From NCBI GenBank assembly GCA_038128265.1, contig JAYPJE010000051.1:4800-27012 (forward strand): 22,213 nucleotides of DNA. Direction: 5' to 3'. Positions 1-7,892 of this stretch are shown piece after piece. The notes beneath the pieces are model-generated. The model was not told the origin of the DNA, searched no databases, and was given only the letters and a program-made list of their open reading frames with translations. A program made the position numbers and the translations under genes. This stretch comes from Gemmatimonadota bacterium. GTDB taxonomy: Bacteria > Latescibacterota > UBA2968 > UBA8231. Position 1 is the stretch's first letter, and every line of letters begins with the position of its first letter.

Positions 1-7
1 GCGCACC

Positions 8-35
8 GGAACTTCTGCGCCGGCGATCCGTCCTA
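8..35 (+). promoter_or_regulatory. Putative ECF (sigma-E/AlgU-type) promoter upstream of the sigma-70 gene
   Basis: GGAACTT at 8-14, a 16-nt spacer, then TCCTA at 31-35. This matches the GAACTT-N16-TCnnA sigma-E pattern and lies about 40 nt upstream of the ATG at 77. Confidence 0.55.
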
Positions 36-76
36 TAGAGCGAGCCCCTCTCCTCGCAACCTAGGCCCTTCTGCTT

Positions 77-907
77 ATGGACGAATCAAACCGCTCAGTC
101 ACCGCCTACTGGCGCGATATTCAGCACTACGAACCGCTCAGCCGCCAGCGCGAAGGCGAATTGTTTCGCCGCGCACGACGCGGCGATGCGCGCGCGATAG
201 ACGAACTCGTACAGGCCAACCTGCGCTTTGTCGTGCGCGTCGCCAAGGAGTACAACGGACGCGGTTTGTCTTTTCTCGAGCTTATTTCCGAGGGCAACGT
301 CGGACTGCTCGAAGCCGTCAGGCGTTTTGATGAGACGCGCGGCTTCAAGTTCATCACCTATGCCGTTTGGTGGATACGCCAGGCCATTCTCAAAGCCCTA
401 GCGCAAAACGGCAAGATTGCACGCCCCCCCTTGAGCCAGGTCAACGACCTCCAGAAAGTAGAGAAACACGCCAATGTTCTCGCTCAGGACTTGGGGCGCA
501 CGCCCACCTTGGATGAAGTAGCCAACGCCGCCGATATGAGCGCGCGGCGCGCCCATAATGCGCTGCTAGCCGCCAGTAGCGACCTCTCTCTCGATGGACC
601 GGCCTTCGCCGACGAAAACGAGACGCATATGGCCCATCTACGCGATGAAAACAGCGATATAGAAGCAGCCTCCGAGCGCGACTTTTTGCTCGCAACGCTG
701 CATCGGTGCCTAAACGTGCTCGACGAACGCGAGGTGCGCATCGTCCGCTGCTACTTCGGCTTAGACGGCAGCGAAACCATGACGCTGGAGCAAATTGGCG
801 AAGGCATGGGCCTCACGCGCGAGCGCGTGCGCCAGCTGCGCGACCGCGCCCTGAACAAAATCCGCAGCCGCTACGGCCACCTGCTCGGGGAACTGTGCAG
901 AAACTGA
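77..907 (+). CDS. RNA polymerase sigma-70 factor, short RpoD/SigA-family type lacking region 1.1
   Basis: Region 2 motifs [30 protein letters not shown] and [17 protein letters not shown]; region 4 HTH TLEQIG...[14 protein letters not shown]; 276 aa. Confidence 0.95.
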   Translation: MDESNRSVTAYWRDIQHYEPLSRQREGELFRRARRGDARAIDELVQANLRFVVRVAKEYNGRGLSFLELISEGNVGLLEAVRRFDETRGFKFITYAVWWIRQAILKALAQNGKIARPPLSQVNDLQKVEKHANVLAQDLGRTPTLDEVANAADMSARRAHNALLAASSDLSLDGPAFADENETHMAHLRDENSDIEAASERDFLLATLHRCLNVLDEREVRIVRCYFGLDGSETMTLEQIGEGMGLTRERVRQLRDRALNKIRSRYGHLLGELCRN

Positions 908-1061
908 CCGCGACTCCTACTTGATGGCGTGCGCTAAATCCCTTTTCTTATATCCTCCGTACTGCGTTTTTGCTCTGTCGCTTTGTCGTTTCTGCACAGT
1001 GCTTTGCGCGTCGCCAAGCTCGGCATATAGCGCGGCGCATTTCACACTGGAAGGGACCGTC

Positions 1062-1892
1062 GTGCGCTATAACCTGGCCGATTTACACACGCATTCGTTC
1101 TGTTCCGACGGCATGCGCACCCCGACACAAGCTGTCGAGGAAGCCCGCGATGCAGGCCTGAGAGCGCTTAGCCTCACGGACCACGATACCGTAGAGGGTA
1201 TTGCCGAAGCACTCGATGCGGGCAGTCGACTGGGTATTGAGGTCATACCGGGCACTGAATTGAGCGCCCACGTGCGCGACCGCGAAGTGCACCTGCTCGC
1301 CTATCTCATGGACTGGAACGACGTCGATCTCAACAGCGGGCTCAACCAAGTGCACCAGGCGCGCCGCCAGCGCGGCGTCGCCATCGTAGAGCGGCTCAAC
1401 GACATGGGGCTAGGCGTTAGCCTGGAAGAGGTGTTGGATCGGGCACAGGGCAGCCCATTGGGGCGCCCACACATCGCTGCCGTCATGGTCGAAAAGGGTC
1501 TCGTCGCCGACAAGGACGAGGCGTTCGATCGCTATATTGGCGACCGCGCACCCGCCTTTCGCGCCAAGCCACATATCTCCGCCGAGGAGGTCATCGCGCG
1601 CGTGCACCGCGCCGGCGGCGTCACTGTGCTGGCCCATCCCGGCCACAGCCTGCCCGACGCCGTTATTCAGCAGCTTATCGGCTTTGGACTCGACGGCGTC
1701 GAAGTATACCATCCGGCCCACCAGCCACCGCAAATCGATTTCTACAACCAACTGGCTGAGCGCCACGACCTGCTGGTCTCCGGTGGCTCCGACAGCCACG
1801 GCGATGCCAAGGGCACGCGCATCGGCGATTACGGCATCGGCTACGAAGCCATCGAAGCCATGCGCGCGCGCGCCGCGCGCTACGCCGCCTAA
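1062..1892 (+). CDS. PHP-domain metal-dependent phosphoesterase (YciV/TrpH-like)
   Basis: Motifs DLHTHS..SDG, LTDHDT, ELS, GRPH, LAHP, EVYH, GGSDSHG. Start moved from TTG 921 to in-frame GTG 1062, which follows a GGAAGGGA SD-like sequence and directly precedes the first motif. Confidence 0.9.
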   Translation: MRYNLADLHTHSFCSDGMRTPTQAVEEARDAGLRALSLTDHDTVEGIAEALDAGSRLGIEVIPGTELSAHVRDREVHLLAYLMDWNDVDLNSGLNQVHQARRQRGVAIVERLNDMGLGVSLEEVLDRAQGSPLGRPHIAAVMVEKGLVADKDEAFDRYIGDRAPAFRAKPHISAEEVIARVHRAGGVTVLAHPGHSLPDAVIQQLIGFGLDGVEVYHPAHQPPQIDFYNQLAERHDLLVSGGSDSHGDAKGTRIGDYGIGYEAIEAMRARAARYAA

Positions 1893-1911
1893 CTCACTCC
1901 CATCCGATTGA

Positions 1912-3591
1912 ATGCCTAGATTCACCCGAACTGCACGTTCATCGCGTTTCCTCCTTTGCTTTGCGCTCCTATTGCTCCCGCTTGTCGCACAGGAAGCGCA
2001 GGGAAGGCCGCAGCGTTTTCACCAGAGCGCAGAACCCGTCGAGCCCATATCCGGACTCTTCGGCACGGAAATCGGCGATATCGCCTGGAGCGGGCGCTAC
2101 CTGTGGGCCGCAACGGAGAGCGGCGTCGCCCGCCTCGACCCAGATCAGGCCAGCGGCACGTCTGTGGGCGACTGGGTGACCTTCACCGCGCTCAACGGCA
2201 TCGGCCGCGGGTCCATAAGCGCCCTCGACGCCGTTGGCGATACGGTTTGGGTCGCCACGATCATCGATACGACGACCAGCATCGGAACCCGTCAAATGGG
2301 CACCGGTTTAAGCTTTTCGCACAACGCCGGACGCACCTGGACACACATTCCCAACGCGGCCATCTTCAATCCGCAGATCCCCGGTTTCGAGCGCGGACCG
2401 GGCACGCAGATCGACAACGGCTGTTTTGGTCTTTCCATTGGTAGCGGCGAGGTATGGGCCGCATTCTTTGCCGGCTCTACGGTGCGCCTGAGCGCCGACG
2501 GCACGAGCTGGCAGCGCGCCCTGCCCGACGGCGCCGACCAGATCGTCTACTTCGCCAGCGACACCGCTGCCGACAGCCTGCGCATACTGGCCGACAGCTT
2601 GGCCAACGCCGGTGCCGACCCGGCACTGGTCGCCGCGGCACGGGCCGGGTCCGACAGCCTGGCCAGCCAGGGATTGCTGCACCGCACCTTCTCCGCGCTG
2701 GCCTACGGTGACACCGTGTGGATCGGCACTTCGAGCGGACTAACGCGCTCGCTGGACGGGGGGCAGACGTGGAAAAACATCAAGGTGCGCCTCGATGCCA
2801 ACGGCGCGGTCGTGCCCGGCCAAATCGGCGCCAATTGGGTCCTGTCCATCGACCGACATATCGCCGCAGACGGCACGTCCACTGTCTGGGTCGGCAGTAA
2901 CGTAACGGGGCTGCCTGGCGAAGTCGCGTCCGTGGCCTACAGCCGCGATGCCGGCGAAACGTGGACCGCGACGGGCCCCACCTTTGCCTGGAACTTCGCG
3001 TTTAGCAAAAACTTTACCTGGGCCGCCACCAACCGAGGGCTCTTTGCCCGTGCCAGCGACGAAGATAGCCGCACTTGGAACCAAGTGGAGGTCTCCGGCG
3101 GTGAAACGTTAGACGGAACCTTTGTCGGCCTCGAGACCGTGCGCTTGGACGAGCGGGAAATTCTGTGGGTCGGCGCCGAAAATGGCCTGGGTCGCAGCGA
3201 AGACGAGGGCACTAATTGGCGCATTATACGCGATCTGGTGCGCGTCCGCACCCTTGATTCAGACGGCTTTGTCGGCGATGGCGGCGTGCGCGATAGCAGC
3301 GCCGTAACCTATGCCGCGCCCAACCCATTTTCGCCCTCGGCCGGCGACCGCGCCCTCATCGTCTTTAGTTTGGTGGATGCTTCGAGCGTCGATATCGACA
3401 TCTACGACTTTTCCAGCCGCAGGGTGCGCTCATTAGTCGCGGGCAGCGACTTTGCCGGCGGCATAGATCACCAGGTTCCCTGGGATGGCCGCGACGACGA
3501 CGGGCAGTCGGTAGCCAACGGAACCTACTTCTATCGCATCGCGCTCAGCTCCGGTCGACAGGCCTTTGGCAAGGTCGTGGTGCTGGATTGA
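1912..3591 (+). CDS. Secreted Asp-box (BNR) beta-propeller protein with C-terminal FlgD-Ig/T9SS type-A sorting domain (PorZ-like architecture)
   Basis: Sec signal peptide; Asp-boxes SHNAGRTW, SLDGGQTW, SRDAGETW, SEDEGTNW; C-terminal YAAPNPFSP...IDIYD...WDGRDDDGQSVANGTYFYRI...GKVVVLD. Confidence 0.85.
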   Translation: MPRFTRTARSSRFLLCFALLLLPLVAQEAQGRPQRFHQSAEPVEPISGLFGTEIGDIAWSGRYLWAATESGVARLDPDQASGTSVGDWVTFTALNGIGRGSISALDAVGDTVWVATIIDTTTSIGTRQMGTGLSFSHNAGRTWTHIPNAAIFNPQIPGFERGPGTQIDNGCFGLSIGSGEVWAAFFAGSTVRLSADGTSWQRALPDGADQIVYFASDTAADSLRILADSLANAGADPALVAAARAGSDSLASQGLLHRTFSALAYGDTVWIGTSSGLTRSLDGGQTWKNIKVRLDANGAVVPGQIGANWVLSIDRHIAADGTSTVWVGSNVTGLPGEVASVAYSRDAGETWTATGPTFAWNFAFSKNFTWAATNRGLFARASDEDSRTWNQVEVSGGETLDGTFVGLETVRLDEREILWVGAENGLGRSEDEGTNWRIIRDLVRVRTLDSDGFVGDGGVRDSSAVTYAAPNPFSPSAGDRALIVFSLVDASSVDIDIYDFSSRRVRSLVAGSDFAGGIDHQVPWDGRDDDGQSVANGTYFYRIALSSGRQAFGKVVVLD

Positions 3592-4523
3592 ACGCTCTAT
3601 CCCTCCGATGCCTTTGCGCTTTCCTGCTCATAGCCGCTCCACTGCGCGCAGCCGACTTTGCCGCCGCCTTTTTGCAGGCGGGCATCGGCACGCGTGCACT
3701 GGGCATGGGCAGCGCTTCCAGCGCCGTTGCCTCTGGGCCCGCTGCCGCCTATTGGAATCCGGCCGGCCTGGCGCGCACCGAGGGCAAGGGCCTGCAAACC
3801 TCCATGCAGTCACTGCCTCTGGACCGCCGCATTAGCAGCGCCTCCTTTGCGCTCAACCCGCGCGGCGATATGGGCTTTGGCCTGGCCTGGCTGCACGCCA
3901 GCGTGGGCGATATAGACGGACGCACCGCCAGCGGCCAACGCACCGGCAGCATAGCAGACGCGGCCAACGCCTTTCTCGTCTCCGTCGGCCGCACCCTGGG
4001 CCCGGCGCTGAGCGTCGGCTTCAGCATGAAAATTTTTGACCAGCGCATAGAAGCGCCCTTTTCCGCCGCTTCCACGGCCAACGGCCACGGCTTTGACGTC
4101 GGCATCCGGTACGAACGGGGCCAGCGCACGACCTTTGCCCTGGCCGCTCGCAACCTGAGTGCGTCGCTCAACTGGAAGGTCCGTTTGACCAACGGACAGA
4201 GCAGCAGCACCGAAGACGCCCTCCCGCGAGTCCTTGCCCTCGGCGCGGCCCACCGACCTTTTGACGGCGCGGTGCTCGCCGTTGAAGTAGAGCGCGGCGA
4301 TGAAACAACGGCCCATATGGGCGCCGAGTGGACGCTCAACCCTCTACTCACGCTGCGCGGTGGCCTGCGCCATATCGGCGGCGAAGAGCGCATCGGCCTG
4401 CTATCGGCCGGGCTGAGCCTGCGCCCCATGCGCAGCCAAAAGCTGCAGTTCCACTACGCCTATGCCGCCGACCCACTCGATGCTGGAGGGCGCACGACGA
4501 TTGGCCTGGAGGTCGCCTTTTAG
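3588..4523 (+). CDS. PorV/PorQ-family (FadL-like) outer-membrane beta-barrel
   Basis: Signal peptide, then AAFL..GIGTRALGMGSA...AAYWNPAGL, GFDVG, LPRVLALG, LRGG, YAY and a C-terminal aromatic residue (GLEVAF). TTG start overlaps the upstream TGA. Confidence 0.85.
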   Translation: MNALSLRCLCAFLLIAAPLRAADFAAAFLQAGIGTRALGMGSASSAVASGPAAAYWNPAGLARTEGKGLQTSMQSLPLDRRISSASFALNPRGDMGFGLAWLHASVGDIDGRTASGQRTGSIADAANAFLVSVGRTLGPALSVGFSMKIFDQRIEAPFSAASTANGHGFDVGIRYERGQRTTFALAARNLSASLNWKVRLTNGQSSSTEDALPRVLALGAAHRPFDGAVLAVEVERGDETTAHMGAEWTLNPLLTLRGGLRHIGGEERIGLLSAGLSLRPMRSQKLQFHYAYAADPLDAGGRTTIGLEVAF

Positions 4524-4524
4524 T

Positions 4525-5400
4525 ATGCGCGGCGCTGCCTTTTTCTCCGCACTGCTCCTGCCTGCGCTGCTCGCGGCACAGACCGTCGGCTTTCCATCGC
4601 TGCGCTTGAGCGGCGCGGCCCGACCGGCCGCCATGGCCGATCTGAGCGCGGCGCTGACCGGCCCTGCCGCATCAAATCCAGCCGCTCTTGCAGCAGCAAC
4701 AGAACGCGCGTACGCCTTTTCGCATAATGCGTGGATTGAGGGTATCGACCAGCAGCACCTGCACCTGGTGCAGCAGCGCGCGCATAGCGCCTGGGCACTG
4801 CGCGCACAGGTCTGGCAGGCCGACGGGCTCGAGCGACGCAGCGGGCCCAGCAGCGAACCGCTGGGCGAGTTTGGCGTCTACGATCTAGCCGCCGGCATTA
4901 CCTACGCGCGCCACCACCCCAGCGGACTTCGTCTAGGAGGGCAACTCAAGCTGCTGCACCAATCGATCTCGACCGAGTCGGCCAGCGGCTACAGCGCCGA
5001 TTTGGGGCTGCTGTATCCCCTAGCAAACGACGTTCTCGCCGGCGCGGCCCTGCTCCACGCAGGAGCGATGAACAAACTCAACCGCACGGCCACTCCGCTG
5101 CCCACCGAGCTGCGCGCCGGCCTCACCTACGGCGGCGTCGCCAACCTGCTCGTCGGCGTAGAGCTGCAAAAGGCGCGCGACACCGACCTCAGCCTGCATC
5201 TGGGCAGCCAGTATCAGGTACAAGAGTTCCTGGCCCTACGCCTTGGCTACCGCACGGCGGAAAACCGCCACCTATCTGCCGGTTTGGGCCTGCTCGTCGG
5301 TTCCTGGACTATCGACTATGCCTACATGCCCTTTACCAACGGACTCGGCCAGGCTCATCAGCTAAGTCTGCTGCTGGCGGGCGGAGATTCGACGCCATGA
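4525..5400 (+). CDS. Second, more divergent PorV/PorQ-family outer-membrane beta-barrel
   Basis: GFPSL...ARPAAMA...NPAAL, HNAWIEGI, ADLGLLY, LPTELRAG, LRLGY, IDYAYMPFTNGLGQAHQLSL. Start taken as ATG 4525, 1 nt after the upstream stop, which gives a signal peptide. Confidence 0.8.
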   Translation: MRGAAFFSALLLPALLAAQTVGFPSLRLSGAARPAAMADLSAALTGPAASNPAALAAATERAYAFSHNAWIEGIDQQHLHLVQQRAHSAWALRAQVWQADGLERRSGPSSEPLGEFGVYDLAAGITYARHHPSGLRLGGQLKLLHQSISTESASGYSADLGLLYPLANDVLAGAALLHAGAMNKLNRTATPLPTELRAGLTYGGVANLLVGVELQKARDTDLSLHLGSQYQVQEFLALRLGYRTAENRHLSAGLGLLVGSWTIDYAYMPFTNGLGQAHQLSLLLAGGDSTP

Positions 5401-6401
5401 ATCTGTGGCGCAAAACGCCGCCGGTGCATCCGCCGCGCTCGCTGCACCCGGTTTCCTACCAACCTACGTGGTATGCTGCACCTCCCGTGCCTCCCCCACT
5501 TCCTGCACCGCAGCCAACGCGCGCCTGGATGCACGTCCTGCTCTTTGCCCTAACGCTGGTTTCTATGATGGCGGCCGGCGCCATGCAGCAGGGCGTCGAT
5601 CCCCTCGTTTCGCTGCGCACGCTGGTTCATCTGGTCGAGGGAATACCCTTTGCGGCAACCCTACTTACCATTCTGACCGTGCACGAATTCGGCCACTACT
5701 TCGCTGCGCGCAGTTGGGGCGTCAAAGCCTCGCTGCCCTACTTTCTGCCGCTGCCCTACATTTCGTTTCTCGGCACGCTTGGCGCGGTGATTAAAATCCG
5801 CTCGGCCATCCCACACAAGCGCGCACTGCTCGACATTGGTGCCGCTGGACCACTGGCCGGCTTTGTCGTTGCGCTGGCCGCATGCGCCATTGGACTCACC
5901 CGCTCGCACGTCGTTGCCGGCGACTATTTCTACGGCCCGCCCATTGAATTGGGCACACCCCTGCTGTTCCATGCCATCGCCGAATTGACCCTGCCCGCCG
6001 TTGCCCCCGGACAGCACGTCCTGCTCCATCCCATTGCGTTTGCCGGCTGGGTTGGTCTCTTTATCACCGCGTTCAACCTATTTCCCATCGGCCAGCTGGA
6101 CGGTGGCCATATCACCTATGCCCTCTTCGGACGCTGGCACCGACGCATCGCCCGCGTCGCCTTTCTCTCGCTGATGGCCATGGGAACCTACGGAATCGTC
6201 ACGCTGGTCTGGGAAACGACCTGGCCAGCAGGTTGGCCCGGATGGCTGGCGCTGGCCTTTTTCTTAACGCTCTTTGGCAAGGACCACCCCGCGCCCTACG
6301 ATTCGTTTACCGAATTGGATCGGCCGCGGCGCTGGATTGGCTACGCATGCCTGATCGTATTTGCCCTGTGCTTTTGTCCGGTTCCTTTTTACGCAGGCTA
6401 G
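5397..6401 (+). CDS. Site-2 protease family (peptidase M50) intramembrane zinc metalloprotease, no PDZ domain
   Basis: HEFGH zinc motif, DIGAAGPLAG, FNLFPIGQLDGGHI; multiple TM segments; ATGA overlap with the upstream gene. Confidence 0.93.
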   Translation: MNLWRKTPPVHPPRSLHPVSYQPTWYAAPPVPPPLPAPQPTRAWMHVLLFALTLVSMMAAGAMQQGVDPLVSLRTLVHLVEGIPFAATLLTILTVHEFGHYFAARSWGVKASLPYFLPLPYISFLGTLGAVIKIRSAIPHKRALLDIGAAGPLAGFVVALAACAIGLTRSHVVAGDYFYGPPIELGTPLLFHAIAELTLPAVAPGQHVLLHPIAFAGWVGLFITAFNLFPIGQLDGGHITYALFGRWHRRIARVAFLSLMAMGTYGIVTLVWETTWPAGWPGWLALAFFLTLFGKDHPAPYDSFTELDRPRRWIGYACLIVFALCFCPVPFYAG

Positions 6402-7144
6402 CGCGGTCCTGCGGCACGGCATTGGCGGCCATGGCCCTTGCCGGCTGTGGGCTCGGCGATTCCGAACAGGCCGAATGCCGCTGCGGCCCTGACACTAGCA
6501 CCATTCTCTTTCCGCACTGCGCCGACGCGGCATCGAGCCAGCCAGAAGATCCGGCCAATCCCTTTGCTACCCAAGTGCCCGAATGTCCGAGCGGCCAACA
6601 GCTGTTTTTACTGGAGCGTACGCGCCCCGAATACGTGCTGGCTAACCTGCGCACCATTTTTACGGCCCCGCCTGAAAGCCGCAGTCCAGAGCAGTATATG
6701 GAACAGCTGACGGATGGCTTCTCCTTTGTCCCAGACGAGGAAGATATTCAGCGCCATCCCGAAATTTACAACGCCGCGCAGGACACGCTCTGGGGCGCAG
6801 CGCAGGAGCGCGACTTTGCCCGCGCCATACTCGACCCGGAGCGCACGCAAAGCGTGCGCTTTATTCGCTGGTTTCAATCGGCCATAGACGAGCGCGTTCC
6901 CTCGGCCGACCAGCTGAGCGAGACCTTTATCTTTCCCTACGAACTCGAGTTTACCGAAACGGCCGAGGAGGGCTCGACGTCTTCCGCTGGCAACGTCATT
7001 GCCATCAAGGGATTCATGGAAATCGACCTGGTGACGCCAACGGCGGAAAATCCCGTCTGGAACGTCGCCCAGTGGCGCGACCTGCGCGATCGCGCATCGG
7101 CCAAGTTCTCCTGGGGGGAACTGCGTGCCCTGTTTGCCCGCTAG
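6347..7144 (+). CDS. Uncharacterised lipoprotein (paralog A; possible NTF2-like fold)
   Basis: Lipobox LAG-C after a basic then hydrophobic segment; core PEYVLANL...Y...L.DGFSF...W.V..W.D...SWG is shared with the next gene. The start is uncertain (ATG 6347, GTG 6368 or TTG 6374), and all candidates overlap the M50 3' end. Confidence 0.7.
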   Translation: MPDRICPVLLSGSFLRRLARSCGTALAAMALAGCGLGDSEQAECRCGPDTSTILFPHCADAASSQPEDPANPFATQVPECPSGQQLFLLERTRPEYVLANLRTIFTAPPESRSPEQYMEQLTDGFSFVPDEEDIQRHPEIYNAAQDTLWGAAQERDFARAILDPERTQSVRFIRWFQSAIDERVPSADQLSETFIFPYELEFTETAEEGSTSSAGNVIAIKGFMEIDLVTPTAENPVWNVAQWRDLRDRASAKFSWGELRALFAR

Positions 7145-7176
7145 CTGAAACGGCGGATGTATTTAGCGAAAAACCC

Positions 7177-7207
7177 CTTATATTACTTAGTGTATTACAG
7201 ACTGTAA
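7177..7207 (+). promoter_or_regulatory. Putative internal promoter -10 element plus palindromic operator-like site
   Basis: AT-rich gap with TATATT at 7179-7184 and the perfect palindrome TTACAG-A-CTGTAA at 7195-7207; SD AAAGGAG lies upstream of ATG 7233. Confidence 0.4.
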
Positions 7208-7232
7208 AAAGACCAACAAAGGAGCAGCATTA

Positions 7233-7889
7233 ATGCGCCCCACGGCCTTGCTTATCGCCTTTCTCATCGTCGCACCGCTGACGGGCTGCGGCAACCCCTT
7301 CGCACCAGACAAACAGACGGGCACAGGAGATGTTCAGGGACCGGCTCCCGATGCTTCGACGCCAGAAATTCTCATGGACAACCTGGCGCGCGCCATGCGC
7401 GACCGCGATAAAGACCTCTATGAAAGCGTCTTAGACCAGGGCTTCTGGTTTACCGAAACGGACTGTGCCGGCGACATCGTGCTAGAAAACGGACTGGAAC
7501 AGGAGCTGGAATTTCTCGGCGGCAGCCGCGACGGATCGCGCCCCGGCATCTTCGATATATTCCGCTCGTTTGAATTCGACTTTCAGCTTATCCGACGCAG
7601 CGTCGAGCTGGGCCCCGACTTCCCCGATGCTTTTGAAGACGACCCCGACGGACACCCAGACGAGGATTGGCAGGTCTTTCGCGGCCGCGTGCAGATGCTC
7701 ATGCTGGACGAAAACGGCGACGGGTTTCGCGTCGACCAAATCATGACCTACAAGCTGCGCGCCGGCGACGACGGCCTGTGGCGCATCACCCGCTGGATAG
7801 ACGATCCGCTCTCCGGCGACTGCGGCACCGGCAAGCGGTCGACGCAGTTCTCCGACTGGGGTAGCGCCAAACAGATTGCCGCACGCTAG
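7233..7889 (+). CDS. Uncharacterised lipoprotein (paralog B; possible NTF2-like fold)
   Basis: Clear SD; lipobox LTG-C followed by GNPFAP; STPEILMDNL...LYESVLDQGFWF...WRITRWIDD...DWG. Confidence 0.8.
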   Translation: MRPTALLIAFLIVAPLTGCGNPFAPDKQTGTGDVQGPAPDASTPEILMDNLARAMRDRDKDLYESVLDQGFWFTETDCAGDIVLENGLEQELEFLGGSRDGSRPGIFDIFRSFEFDFQLIRRSVELGPDFPDAFEDDPDGHPDEDWQVFRGRVQMLMLDENGDGFRVDQIMTYKLRAGDDGLWRITRWIDDPLSGDCGTGKRSTQFSDWGSAKQIAAR

Positions 7890-7892
7890 TTG

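Noticed and set aside
921..1061. 47-aa N-terminal extension of the PHP ORF
   Set aside because: Cys/Phe-rich, non-family sequence over a T-rich promoter-like gap; GTG 1062 has an SD.
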